Shown here piece after piece: positions 52,069-63,329 of a stretch of DNA of 64,000 nucleotides. Made by a program: the position numbers and the translations under genes. Source of the stretch: Squalus acanthias (lineage: Eukaryota); the NCBI GenBank assembly GCA_030390025.1, contig JASTWF010000330.1, forward strand, positions 186,001 through 250,000. The letters are read 5' to 3'. The notes beneath the pieces are model-generated. The model did not search any database. It was not told the DNA's origin and worked only from the letters and a program-made list of their open reading frames with translations. Every line of letters starts with the position of its first letter. Position 1 is the stretch's first letter.

Positions 52069-54145
52069 CTGCAATAAAGGAAGAGAGACATGGGAGAGTG
52101 CAGAGTGGAGAAAACCAGAACAGGTCATCAGGCTGGTACTGGAGCCAATCACAATCCCAGTCACTCACTGCGATCCACTCCCCTCAGGAACCACGTTCCA
52201 CTCCCCTCAGGAACTGCATCCCACTTCCCTCAGGAACTGCATCCCACTCCTCTCAGGAACTGCGTCACACTTCCCTCAGGAACTGCATCCCACTCCTCTC
52301 AGGAACTGCGTCCCACTTCCCTCAGGAACTGCATCCCACTCCTCTCAGGAACTGCGTCACACTTCCCTCAGGAACCGCGTTCCACTCCCCTCAGGAACCA
52401 TATCCCACTCTCCTCAGGAACTGCGTCCCACTCTCCTCAGGAATCGCGTCCCACTCCCCTCAGGAACCGCGTCCCTCTCCCCTCAGGAACCGCGTCCCAC
52501 TCCCCTCAGGAAATGCGTCCAACTCTCCTCAGGGACCGCGTTCCACTCCCCTCAGGAACCGCGTTCCACTCCCCTCAGGAACTGTGTTCCACTCCCCTCA
52601 GGAAATGCGTCCAACTCTCCTCAGGGACCGCGTTCCACTCCCCTCAGGAACCGCGTTCCACTCCCCTCAGGAACCGCGTCCCACTCCCCTCAGGAACTGC
52701 GTTCCACTCTCCTCAGGAACTGTGTTCCACTCCCCTCAGGAACTGCGTCCCACTCCCCTCAGGAACCGCGTCCCACTCCCCTCAGGAACCGCATACCACT
52801 CCCCTCAGGAACCGCGTTCCATTCCCCTCAGGAACCGCGTTCCACTCTCCTCAGGAACCGCGTTCCACTCCCCTCAGGAACCGCGTTCCACTCCCCTCAG
52901 GAACCGCGTTCCACTCCCCTCAGGAACCGCGTTCCACTCCCCTCAGGAACCGCGTTCCACTCCCCTCAGGAACCGCGTTCCACTCCCCTCAGGAACCGCG
53001 TTCCACTCCCCTCAGGAACCGCGTTCCACTCCCCTCAGGAACCGCGTTCCACTCCCCTCAGGAACCGCGTTCCACTTCCCTCAGGAACCGCGTTCCACTC
53101 CCCTCAGGAACCGCGTTCCACTCCCCTCAGGAACCGCGTTCCACTCCCCTCAGGAACAGCGTCCCACTCCCATCAGGAACCGCGTTCCACTCCCCTCAGG
53201 AACTGCGTCTCACTCTCCTCAGTCTCCTCAACCCACTTCCTTCAGTCTCCTCACCCCACCATCCTCAGTCTTCTCATCCCACTCCGTCAGTCTCCTCATC
53301 CCATTCGGATCAATCTCGTCATTCCACTTCCCTCAGTCTCCTCATCCCACTATAATTCAGTCCCCTCACCCTACACTCCACTGTCTCCTCATCCCACTCC
53401 CATCAGTCTCCTCATCCCACTCCCCTCAGTCTCCTCATGCCATGCCCCTCAGTCTCCTCAACCCAGTTCCCTCAGTCTCCTCATCCCACTCCCCTCAATG
53501 TACTCATCCCACTCCCCTACGTCTCCTTGTCCCACTCCCCTGAGTCTCCTCATCCCATTCCCCTCAGTCTCCTCATCCCACTCCATAAAGCCTCCTCATC
53601 CCACTCCCCTCAGTCTCCTCATCCCACTCCCCTCAGTCTCCTCATCCCACTCCCCTCAGTCTCCTCATCCCATTCCCCTCAGTCTCCTCATCCCACTCCA
53701 TAAAGCCTCCTCATCCCACTCCCCTCAGTCTCCTCATCCCACTCCCCTCAGTCTCCTCATCCCACTCCCCTCAGTCTCCTCATCCCACTCCCCTCAGTCT
53801 CCTCATCCCACTCCACACAGACTCCTCATCCCTGTCTCCAGTCTCCTCATCCCACTACCCTCAGTCTCCTCATCACATTCGGCTCAGACTCCTCATCCCA
53901 CTCCCCTCAGACTCCTCATCCCACTCCCCTCAGTCTCCTCATCCCACTCCCCTCAGTCTCCTCATCCCACTACCCTCAGTCTCCTCATCACATTCGGCTC
54001 AGACACGTCATTCCACTCCCCTCAGACTCCTCATCTCGCTCCCCTCAGTCACTATATCCACTCACTCAGTAAGAGCCTGGATGAGCTTTTCAGGAGTCAC
54101 ATTGGGTGAACAGACTGTACACAACGGACAGAACAAGACAGATAC

Positions 54146-54226
54146 CTGAGTCTGCAGAACCCACTGGGATAGTGGATGAACGGTCAGTGGATTCTTGAGT
54201 CGACTGTGTTGTGGATGTGTCCGGAA
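54146..54226 (-). CDS. Putative exon, type C, 81 nt: VPDTSTTQSTQESTDRSSTIPVGSADS
   Basis: Variant acceptor ...tttattaaag|TT, donor CAG|GTATCT. Confidence 0.62.
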
Positions 54227-55806
54227 CTTTAATAAAGGAAGAGAGACTTGGGAGAGTGCAGAGTGGAGTAAACCAGAACAGGTCATCAGGCTGGTACTGG
54301 AGCCAATCACAATCCCACTCACTCACTGCGTCCCACTCCCCTCAGGAACCGCGTCCCACTCTCCTCAGGAACTGTGTCCCACTCCCCTCAGGAACTGCGT
54401 CCCACTCCCCTCAGGAACTGCGTCCCACTTCCCTCAGGAACTGCGTCCCACTCCCCTCAGGAACCGCTACCACTCCCCTCAGGAACTGTGTCCCACTCCC
54501 CTCAGGAACCGCGTCCCACTCCCCTCAGGAACTGCATCCCACTCCTCTCAGGAACCGCTACCACTCCCCTCAGGAACTGTGTCCCACTCCCCTCAGGAAC
54601 TGCGGCCCACTCCCCTCAGGAACTGTGTCCCACTCCCCTCAGGAACTGCGTCCCACTCCCCTCAGGAACCGCTACCACTCCCCTCAGGAACCGCGTCCCA
54701 CTCCCCTCAGGAACCGCGTCCCACTCCCCTCAGGAACTGCATCCCACTCCCCTCAGGAACTGCATCCCACTCCCCTCTGGAACTGCATCCCACTCCTCTC
54801 AGGAACTGCGTCCCACTCCCCTCTGGAACTGCGTCCCACTTCCCTCTGGAACTCCATCCCACTCCTCTCAGGAACTGCGTCCCACTTCCCTCTGGAACTG
54901 CGTCCCACTTCCCTCTGGAACTGCGTCCCACTTCCCTCTGGAACTGCGTCCCACTCCCCTCAGGAACCGCTACCACTCTCCTCAGGAACTGTGTCCCACT
55001 CCCCTCAGGAACTGCGTCCCACTCCCCTCAGGAACCGCTACCACTCCTCTCAGGAACTGCGTCCCACTCCCCTCAGGAACTGCGTCCCACTCCCCTCAGG
55101 AACTGCGTCCCACTCCCCTCAGGAACTGCGTCCCACTCCCCTCAGGAACTGCATCCCACTCCTCCCAGTCTCCTCAACCCACTTCACTCAGTCTCCTCAT
55201 CCCACCCTCCTAAGTCTCCTCATCCCACTCCCGACAGTCTCCTCATCCCATTCGGATCAGTACCGTCATTCCACTTCCCTCAATCTCCTCATCCCACTAC
55301 TTTCAGTCTCCTCATCCCACTCCCCACATTCTCCTCATCCCACTCACATCAGTCTCCTCATTCCACTCCCCTGTCTCCTCATCCCACTCCCCTCAGCCCA
55401 CTCCCCTCAGTCTCCTCATTCCACTCCCCTCTGTCTCCTCATCCCACTCACATCAGTCTCCTCATTCCACTCCCCTCAGTCTCCTCATTCCACTCCCCTC
55501 TGTCTCCTCATCCCACTCACATCAGTCTCCTCATTCCACTCCCCTCTGTCTCCTCTTCCCACTCCCCTCTGTCTCCTCTTCCCACTCCCCTCAGTCTCCT
55601 CAGCCCACTCCCCTCAGTCTCCTCTTCCCACTCCTCTCAATCTACTCATCCCACTCCCCTCAGTCTCCACATCCCACTCCCCTCAGACTCCTCATCTCGC
55701 TCCCCTCAGTCACTGTATCCACTCACTCAGTAAGAGCCTGGATGAGCTTTTCAGGAGTCACATTGGGTGAACAGACTGTACACAATGGACGGAACAAGAC
55801 AGATAC

Positions 55807-55887
55807 CTGAGTCTGCAGACCCCACTGGGATAGTGGATGAACGGTCAGTGGATTCTCGAGTCGACTGTGTTGTGTATGTGTCCGGAT
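55807..55887 (-). CDS. Putative exon, type C, 81 nt: DPDTYTTQSTRESTDRSSTIPVGSADS
   Basis: Paralogue of 50863..50943; intact AG and GT. Confidence 0.7.
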
Positions 55888-56931
55888 CTGAAATAAAGGA
55901 AGAGAGACTTGGGAGAGTGCAGAGTGGAGAAAACCAGAACAGGTCATCAGGCTGGTACTGGAGCCAATCACAATCCCACTCACTCACTGCGTCCCACTCC
56001 TCTCAGGAACTGTGTCCAACTCCCCTCAGGAACTGTGTCCAACTCCCCTCAGGAACCGCGTCCCACTCCTCTCAGGAACTGCGTCCCACTCCCCTCAGGA
56101 ACTGCGTCCCACTCCCCTCAGGAACCGCGTCCCACTCCCCTCAGGAACCGCGTCCCACTCCCCTCAGGAACTGCGTCCCACTCCCCTCAGGAACTGCGTC
56201 CCACTCCCCTCAGGAACTGCATCCCACTCCCCTCAGGAACTGCGTCCCACTCCCCTCAGGAACTGCGTCTCACTCCTCTCAGGAACTGCGTCTCACTCCT
56301 CTCAGGAACTGCGTCCCATTCCCCTCAGGAACCGCGTCCCACTCTCCTCAGGAACCGCGTCCCACTCTCCTCAGGAACCGCGTCCCACTCCCCTCAGGAA
56401 CTGCGTCCCACTCCCCTCAGTCTCCTCATCCCACTCCCCACAGTCTCCTCATTCCACACATCTCAGTCTCCTCATTCCACTCCCCTCAGTCCCCTCATCC
56501 TACTCCCCACAGCCTCCTCATCCCACTCCCCTCAGTCTCCTCAACCCAGTTCCCTCAGTCTCCTCATCCCACTCCCCTCATTGTACTCATTCTGCTCCCC
56601 TCAGTCTCCTCGTCCCACTCCCCTGAGTCTCCTCATCCCATTCCCCTCAGTCTCCTCATCCCACTCCCCTCAGTCTCCTCATCCCACTCCCCTCAGTCTC
56701 CTCATCCCACTCCCCTCAGTTTCCTCATCCCACTCCTCTCAGTCTCCTCATCCCATTCCCCTCAGTCTCCTCATCAAACTCCCCTCTGTCTTCTCATCTC
56801 GCTCTCCTCAGTCTCCTCATCACACTCCCCTCAGTCACTATACCCTCTCACTCAGTAAGAGCCTGGATGAGCTTTTCAGGAGTCACATTGGGTAAACAGA
56901 CTGTACACAACGGACAGAACAAGACAGATAC

Positions 56932-57012
56932 CTGAGGATGGAGAACCCACTGGGATAGTGATTGAACGGTCAGTGGATTCTTGAGTCGACTGTGTTGTGG
57001 ATGTGTCCGGAT
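56932..57012 (-). CDS. Putative exon, type C, 81 nt: DPDTSTTQSTQESTDRSITIPVGSPSS
   Basis: Acceptor ...tttattacag, donor CAG|GTATCT. Confidence 0.7.
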
Positions 57013-58494
57013 CTGTAATAAAGGAAGAGAGACTTGGGAGAGTGCAGAGTGGAGAAAACCAGAACAAGTCATCAGGCTGGTACTGGAGCCAATCACAATC
57101 CCACTAACTCACTGCGATCCACTCCCCTCAGGAACCATATCCCACTCTCCTCAGGAACCGCGTTCCACTCCCCTCAGGAACCGCATTCCACTCCCCTCAG
57201 GAACTGCGTTCCAGTCCCCTCAGGAACTGCGTCCCACTCCCGTCAGGAACTGCATACCACTCCCCTCAGGAACCGCGTTCCATTCCCCTCAGGAACCGCG
57301 TTCCACTCCCCTCAGGAACCGCGTTCAACTCTCCTCAGGAACCGCGTTCCACTCCCCTCAGGAACTGCGTTCCATTCCCCACGGGAACCGCGTTCCACTC
57401 CCCTCAGGAACTGCGTTCCATTCCCCTCAGGAACCGCGTTCCACTCCCCTCAGGAACCTCGTTCCACTCCCCTCAGGAACTGCGTTCCATTCCCCTCAGG
57501 AACCGCGTCCCACTCCCCTCAGGAACTGCGTTCCATTCCCCACGGGAACCGCGTTCCACTCCCCTCAGGAACCGCGTTCCACTCCCCTCAGGAATTGCAT
57601 TCCACTCCCCTCAGGAACTGCGTCCCACTCCCCTCAGGAACTGCGTCCCACTCCCCTCAGGAACTGTGTCTCACTCTCCTCAGTCTCCTCAACCCACTTC
57701 CTTCAGTCTCCTCACCCCACCCTCCTCAGTCTTCTCATCCCACTCCGTCAGTCTCCTCATCCCATTCGGATCAATCTCGTCATTCCACTTCCCTCAGTCT
57801 CCTCATCCCACTACTATTCAGTCCCCTCACCCTACTCCCCACTGTCTCCTCATCCCACTCCCATCAGTCTCCTCAGCCCACTCCCCTCAGTCTCCTCATC
57901 CCACTCCCATCAGTCTCCTCAGCCCACTCCCCTCAGTCTCCTCAGCCCACTCCCCTCAGTCTCCTCATCCCATGCCCCTCAGTCTCCTCAACCCAGTTCC
58001 CTCAGTCTCCTCATCCCACTACTATTCAGTCCCCTCACCCTACTCTCCACTGTCTCCTCATCCTACTCCCCTCATTCTCCTCATCGAATTCCGCTCCGAC
58101 TCCTCATCCAACTCCCCTCAGTCTCCTCATCCCACTCCTCTCAGTCTACTCATCCCTCTCCCCTTAGTCTCCTCAATCGACTCCCCACCGTCCCCTCATC
58201 CCACTCCCCTCAGTCTCCTCAACCCAGTTCCCTCAGTCTCCTCATCCCACTCCCCTCAATGTACTTATTCTGCTCCCCTCAGTCTCCTCGTCCCACTCCC
58301 CTGAGTCTCCTCATCCTATTCCCCTCAGTCTCCTCATTCCACTCCCCTCAGTCTCCTCATCCCACTCCCCTCAGTCTCCTCATCCCACTCCTCTCAGTCA
58401 CTATACCCACTCACTCAGTAAGAGACTGGTTGAGCTTTTCAGGAGTCACATTGGGTGAACAGACTGTACACAGTGGACGAAACAAGACAGATAC

Positions 58495-58575
58495 CTGAGT
58501 CTGCAGACCCCACTGGGATAGTATTTGAACGGTCAATGGATTCTTGAGTCGACTGTGTTGTGTATGTGTCCGGAT
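58495..58575 (-). CDS. Putative exon, type C, 81 nt: DPDTYTTQSTQESIDRSNTIPVGSADS
   Basis: Acceptor ...tttattacag, donor CAG|GTATCT. Confidence 0.7.
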
Positions 58576-59297
58576 CTGTAATAAAGGAAGAGAGACTTGG
58601 GAGAGTGCAGAGTGGAGAAAGCCAGAACAGGTCATCAGGCTGGTACTGGAGCCAATCACAATCCCACTCACTCACTGCGTCCCACTCCCCTCAGGAACCG
58701 CGTCCCACTCCTCTCAGGAACTGCGTCCCACTCCCCTCAGGAACTGCGTCCCACTCCTCTCAGGAACTGTGTCCCTCTCCCCTCAGGAACTGCATCCCAC
58801 TCCCCTCAGGAACTGCATCCCACTCCCCTCAGGAACTGCATCCCACTCCTCTCAGGAACTGCATCCCACTCTCCTCAGGAACTGCGTCCCACTCCCCTCA
58901 AGAACTGCGTTCCACTCCAATCAGGAACTGCGTCCCACTCCCCTCAGGAACTGCATCACACTCCCCTCAGACTCCTCATTCCACTCCCCTCAGTCTCCTC
59001 ATCCCACACAACTCAGTCCCCTCATCCCACTCCCCTCAGTATCCTCATCAAATTCCCCTCAGTCTCCTCATCCCACACAACTCAGTCTCCTCATTACACT
59101 CCCCTCAGTTTCCACATTCCACACACCTCAGTCTCCTCATCAAACTCCCCTCTGTCTTCTCATCTCGCTCTCCTCAGTCTCCTCATCACACTCCCCTCAG
59201 TCACTATACCCTCTCACTCAGTAAGAGCCTGGATGAGCTTTTCAGGAGTCACATTGGGTAAACAGACTGTACACAACGGACAGAACAAGACAGATAC

Positions 59298-59378
59298 CTG
59301 AGGATGGAGAACCCACTGGGATAGTGATTGAACGGTCAGTGGATTCTTGAGTCGACTGTGTTGTGGATGTGTCCGGAT
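59298..59378 (-). CDS. Putative exon, type C, 81 nt: DPDTSTTQSTQESTDRSITIPVGSPSS
   Basis: Same peptide as 56932..57012; intact AG and GT. Confidence 0.7.
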
Positions 59379-60100
59379 CTGTAATAAAGGAAGAGAGACT
59401 TGGGAGAGTGCAGAGTGGAGAAAGCCAGAACAGGTCATCAGGCTGGTACTGGAGCCAATCACAATCCCACTCACTCACTGCGTCCCACTCCCCTCAGGAA
59501 CCGCGTCCCACTCCTCTCAGGAACTGCGTCCCACTCCCCTCAGGAACTGCATCCCACTCCTCTCAGGAACTGTGTCCCTCTCCCCTCAGGAACTGCATCC
59601 CACTCCCCTCAGGAACTGCATCCCACTCCCCTCAGGAACTGCATCCCACTCCTCTCAGGAACTGCATCCCACTCTCCTCAGGAACTGCGTCCCACTCCCC
59701 TCAAGAACTGCGTTCCACTCCAATCAGGAACTGCGTCCCACTCCCCTCAGGAACTGCATCACACTCCCCTCAGACTCCTCATTCCACTCCCCTCAGTCTC
59801 CTCATCCCACACAACTCAGTCCCCTCATCCCACTCCCCTCAGTATCCTCATCAAATTCCCCTCAGTCTCCTCATCCCACACAACTCAGTCTCCTCATTAC
59901 ACTCCCCTCAGTTTCCACATTCCACACACCTCAGTCTCCTCATCAAACTCCCCTCTGTCTTCTCATCTCGCTCTCCTCAGTCTCCTCATCACACTCCCCT
60001 CAGTCACTATACCCTCTCACTCAGTAAGAGCCTGGATGAGCTTTTCAGGAGTCACATTGGGTAAACAGACTGTACACAACGGACAGAACAAGACAGATAC

Positions 60101-60181
60101 CTGAGGATGGAGAACCCACTGGGATAGTGATTGAACGGTCAGTGGATTCTTGAGTCGACTGTGTTGTGGATGTGTCCGGAT
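60101..60181 (-). CDS. Putative exon, type C, 81 nt: DPDTSTTQSTQESTDRSITIPVGSPSS
   Basis: Same peptide as 56932..57012; intact AG and GT. Confidence 0.7.
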
Positions 60182-61732
60182 CTGTAATAAAGGAAGAGAG
60201 ACTTGGGAGAGTGCAGAGTGGAGAAAACCAGAACAAGTCATCAGGCTGGTACTGGAGCCAATCACAATCCCACTAACTCACTGCGATCCACTCCCCTCAG
60301 GAACCATATCCCACTCTCCTCAGGAACCGCGTTCCACTCCCCTCAGGAACCGCATTCCACTCCCCTCAGGAACTGCGTTCCAGTCCCCTCAGGAACTGCG
60401 TCCCACTCCCGTCAGGAACTGCATACCACTCCCCTCAGGAACCGCGTTCCATTCCCCTCAGGAACCGCGTTCCACTCCCCTCAGGAACCGCGTTCAACTC
60501 TCCTCAGGAACCGCGTTCCACTCCCCTCAGGAACTGCGTTCCATTCCCCACGGGAACCGCGTTCCACTCCCCTCAGGAACTGCGTTCCATTCCCCTCAGG
60601 AACCGCGTTCCACTCCCCTCAGGAACCGCGTTCCACTCCCCTCAGGAACTGCGTTCCATTCCCCTCAGGGACCGCGTCCCACTCCCCTCAGGAACTGCGT
60701 TCCATTCCCCACGGGAACCGCGTTCCACTCCCCTCAGGAACCGCGTTCCACTCCCCTCAGGAATTGCATTCCACTCCCCTCAGGAACTGCGTCCCACTCC
60801 CCTCAGGAACTGCGTCCCACTCCCCTCAGGAACTGTGTCTCACTCTCCTCAGTCTCCTCAACCCACTTCCTTCAGTCTCCTCACCCCACCCTCCGCAGTC
60901 TTCTCATCCCACTCCGTCAGTCTCCTCATCCCATTCGGATCAATCTCGTCATTCCACTTCCCTCAGTCTCCTCATCCCACTACTATTCAGTCCCCTCACC
61001 CTACTCCCCACTGTCTCCTCATCCCACTCCCATCAGTCTCCTCAGCCCACTCCCCTCAGTCTCCTCATCCCACTCCCATCAGTCTCCTCAGCCCACTCCC
61101 CTCAGTCTCCTCAGCCCACTCCCCTCAGTCTCCTCATCCCATGCCCCTCAGTCTCCTCATCCCACTCCCATCAGTCTCCTCATCCCACTCCCCTCAGTCT
61201 CCTCATCCCACTCCCATCAGTCTCCTCAGCCCACTCCCCTCAGTCTCCTCAGCCCACTACTATTCAGTCCCCTCACCCTACTCTCCACTGTCTCCTCATC
61301 CTACTCCCCTCATTCTCCTCATCGAATTCCGCTCCGACTCCTCATCCAACTCCCCTCAGTCTCCTCATCCCACTCCTCTCAGTCTACTCATCCCTCTCCC
61401 CTTAGTCTCCTCAATCGACTCCCCACCGTCCCCTCATCCCACTCCCCTCAGTCTCCTCAACCCAGTTCCCTCAGTCTCCTCATCCCACTCCCCTCAATGT
61501 ACTCATTCTGCTCCCCTCAGTCTCCTCGTCCCACTCCCCTGAGTCTCCTCATCCTATTCCCCTCAGTCTCCTCATTCCACTCCCCTCAGTCTCCTCATCC
61601 CACTCCCCTCAGTCTCCTCATCCCACTCCTCTCAGTCACTATACCCACTCACTCAGTAAGAGACTGGTTGAGCTTTTCAGGCGTCACATTGGGTGAACAG
61701 ACTGTACACAATGGACGGAACAAGACAGATAC

Positions 61733-61813
61733 CTGAGTCTGCAGACCCCACTGGGATAGTATTTGAACGGTCAATGGATTCTTGAGTCGACTGTGTTGTG
61801 TATGTGTCCGGAT
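61733..61813 (-). CDS. Putative exon, type C, 81 nt: DPDTYTTQSTQESIDRSNTIPVGSADS
   Basis: Paralogue of 58495..58575; intact AG and GT. Confidence 0.7.
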
Positions 61814-63248
61814 CTGTAATAAAGGAAGAGAGACTTGGGAGAGTGCAGAGTGGAGAAAGCCAGAACAGGTCATCAGGCTGGTACTGGAGCCAATCACAAT
61901 CCCACTCACTCACTGCGTCCCACTCCCCTCAGGAACCGCGTCCCACTCCTCTCAGGAACTGCGTCCCACTCCCCTCAGGAACTGCATCCCACTCCTCTCA
62001 GGAACTGTGTCCCTCTCCCCTCAGGAACTGCATCCCACTCCCCTCAGCAACTGCATCCCACTCCCCTCAGGAACTGCATCCCACTCCTCTCAGGAACTGC
62101 ATCCCACTCTCCTCAGGAACTGCGTCCCACTCCCCTCAAGAACTGCGTTCTACTCCAATCAGGAACTGCATCCCACTCTCCTCAGGAACTGCGTCCCACT
62201 CCCCTCAGAAACTGCGTCCCACTCCCCTCAGGAACCGCGTCCCACTCCCCTCAGGACCTGCGTCCCACTCCCCTCAGGACCTGCGTCCCACTCCCCTCAG
62301 GAACTGCATCCCACTCCCCTCAGGAACCGCGTCCCACTCCTCTTAGGAACTGCGTCTCACTCTCCTCAGGAACTGCGTCCCACTCCTCTCAGTCTCCTCA
62401 ACCCACTCCCGACAGTCTCCTCATCCTATTCGGATCAGTACCGTCATTCCACTTCCCTCAATCTCCTCATCCCACTACTTTCAGTCCCCTCATCCCACTC
62501 CCCTTATTCTCCTCATCCCACTCCCCGCAGTCTCCTCATCCCACTTCCCTCAGTCCCCTCATCCTACTACCCTCAGTCTCCTCATCCCACTCCACTCAGT
62601 CTCCTCATCCCACTCCCCTCAGTCCCCTCATCCCACTCCCCTCAGTCTCCTCATCCCACACCCCTCAGTCCCCTCATCCCACTTCGCCCAGTCCCGTCAT
62701 CCCACTCCCCTCAGTCTCCTCATCCCACTTCCCTCAGTCTCCTCATCCCACTCCCCTCAGTCTCCTCATCCCACACAACTCAGTCTCCTCATCCCACTCC
62801 CCTCAGTCTCCTCAACACACTTCCCTCAGTCCCCTCATCGCACTCCCCTCAGTCTCCTCATCCCACACACCTCAGTCTCCTCATCCCACTCCCCTCAGTC
62901 ACCTCATCCCACTTCCCTCAGTCTCCTCATCTCACTCCCCTCAGTCTCCTCATCCCACACAACTCAGTCTCCTCATCCCACTCCCCTCAGTCTCCTCATC
63001 CCACTTCCCTCAGTCCCCTCATCCCACTCCGCTCAGTCTCCTCATCCCACTCCCCTCAGTCCCCTCATCCCACTTCCCTCAGTCCCCTCATCCCACTCCC
63101 CTCAGACTCCTCATCTCGCTCCCCTCAGACTCCTCATCTCGCTCCCCTCAGTCACTATACCCACTCACTCAGTAAGAGACTGGATGAGCTTTTCAGGAGT
63201 TACATTGGGTGAACAGAATGTACACAATGGACGGAACAAGACAGATAT

Positions 63249-63329
63249 CTGAGGCTGCAGAACCCACTGGGATAGTGGTTGAACGGTCAGTGGATTCTCG
63301 AGTCGACTGTGTTGTGGATGTGTCTGGAT
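63249..63329 (-). pseudogene. Type C exon copy with mutated donor (CAG|ATATCT), probable pseudo-exon: DPDTSTTQSTRESTDRSTTIPVGSAAS
   Basis: Plus strand reads cagatatctgag instead of cagatacctgag (position 63248 is t), so GT>AT; acceptor ...ttttatttcag is intact. Confidence 0.65.

Larger units (their letters stand above)
2281..63329 (-). other. Internal portion of a putative multi-exon gene: array of 30 symmetric phase-1 exons encoding acidic Ser/Thr-rich mucin-like repeats; 5' and 3' ends lie outside the window
   Basis: Each ~270-bp non-minisatellite island has, on the minus strand, a pyrimidine tract ending in AG (e.g. ctctcttcctttattacag), 81 or 96 nt, then CAG|GTATCT. Only the phase-1 frame is stop-free in all copies. 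Phase 0 has TGA in 5 copies and phase 2 has a stop in nearly all. Confidence 0.72.

Noticed and set aside
63240..63249. U12-type (minor spliceosome) introns, since GTATCT/ATATCT resembles RTATCCTT
   Set aside because: Positions +6 and +7 are TG rather than CT. The acceptors have long polypyrimidine tracts and I see no TCCTTAAC-type branch site, which fits U2 introns with a CAG|GTA donor.
2281..63329. SCPP/SIBLING-type acidic biomineralisation gene, or a specific assignment to PTPRC, CD44 or a MUC gene
   Set aside because: SCPP genes have phase-0 introns, whereas these exons read in phase 1. No signal peptide, transmembrane or folded-domain exon is present in the window, so no gene symbol can be supported.
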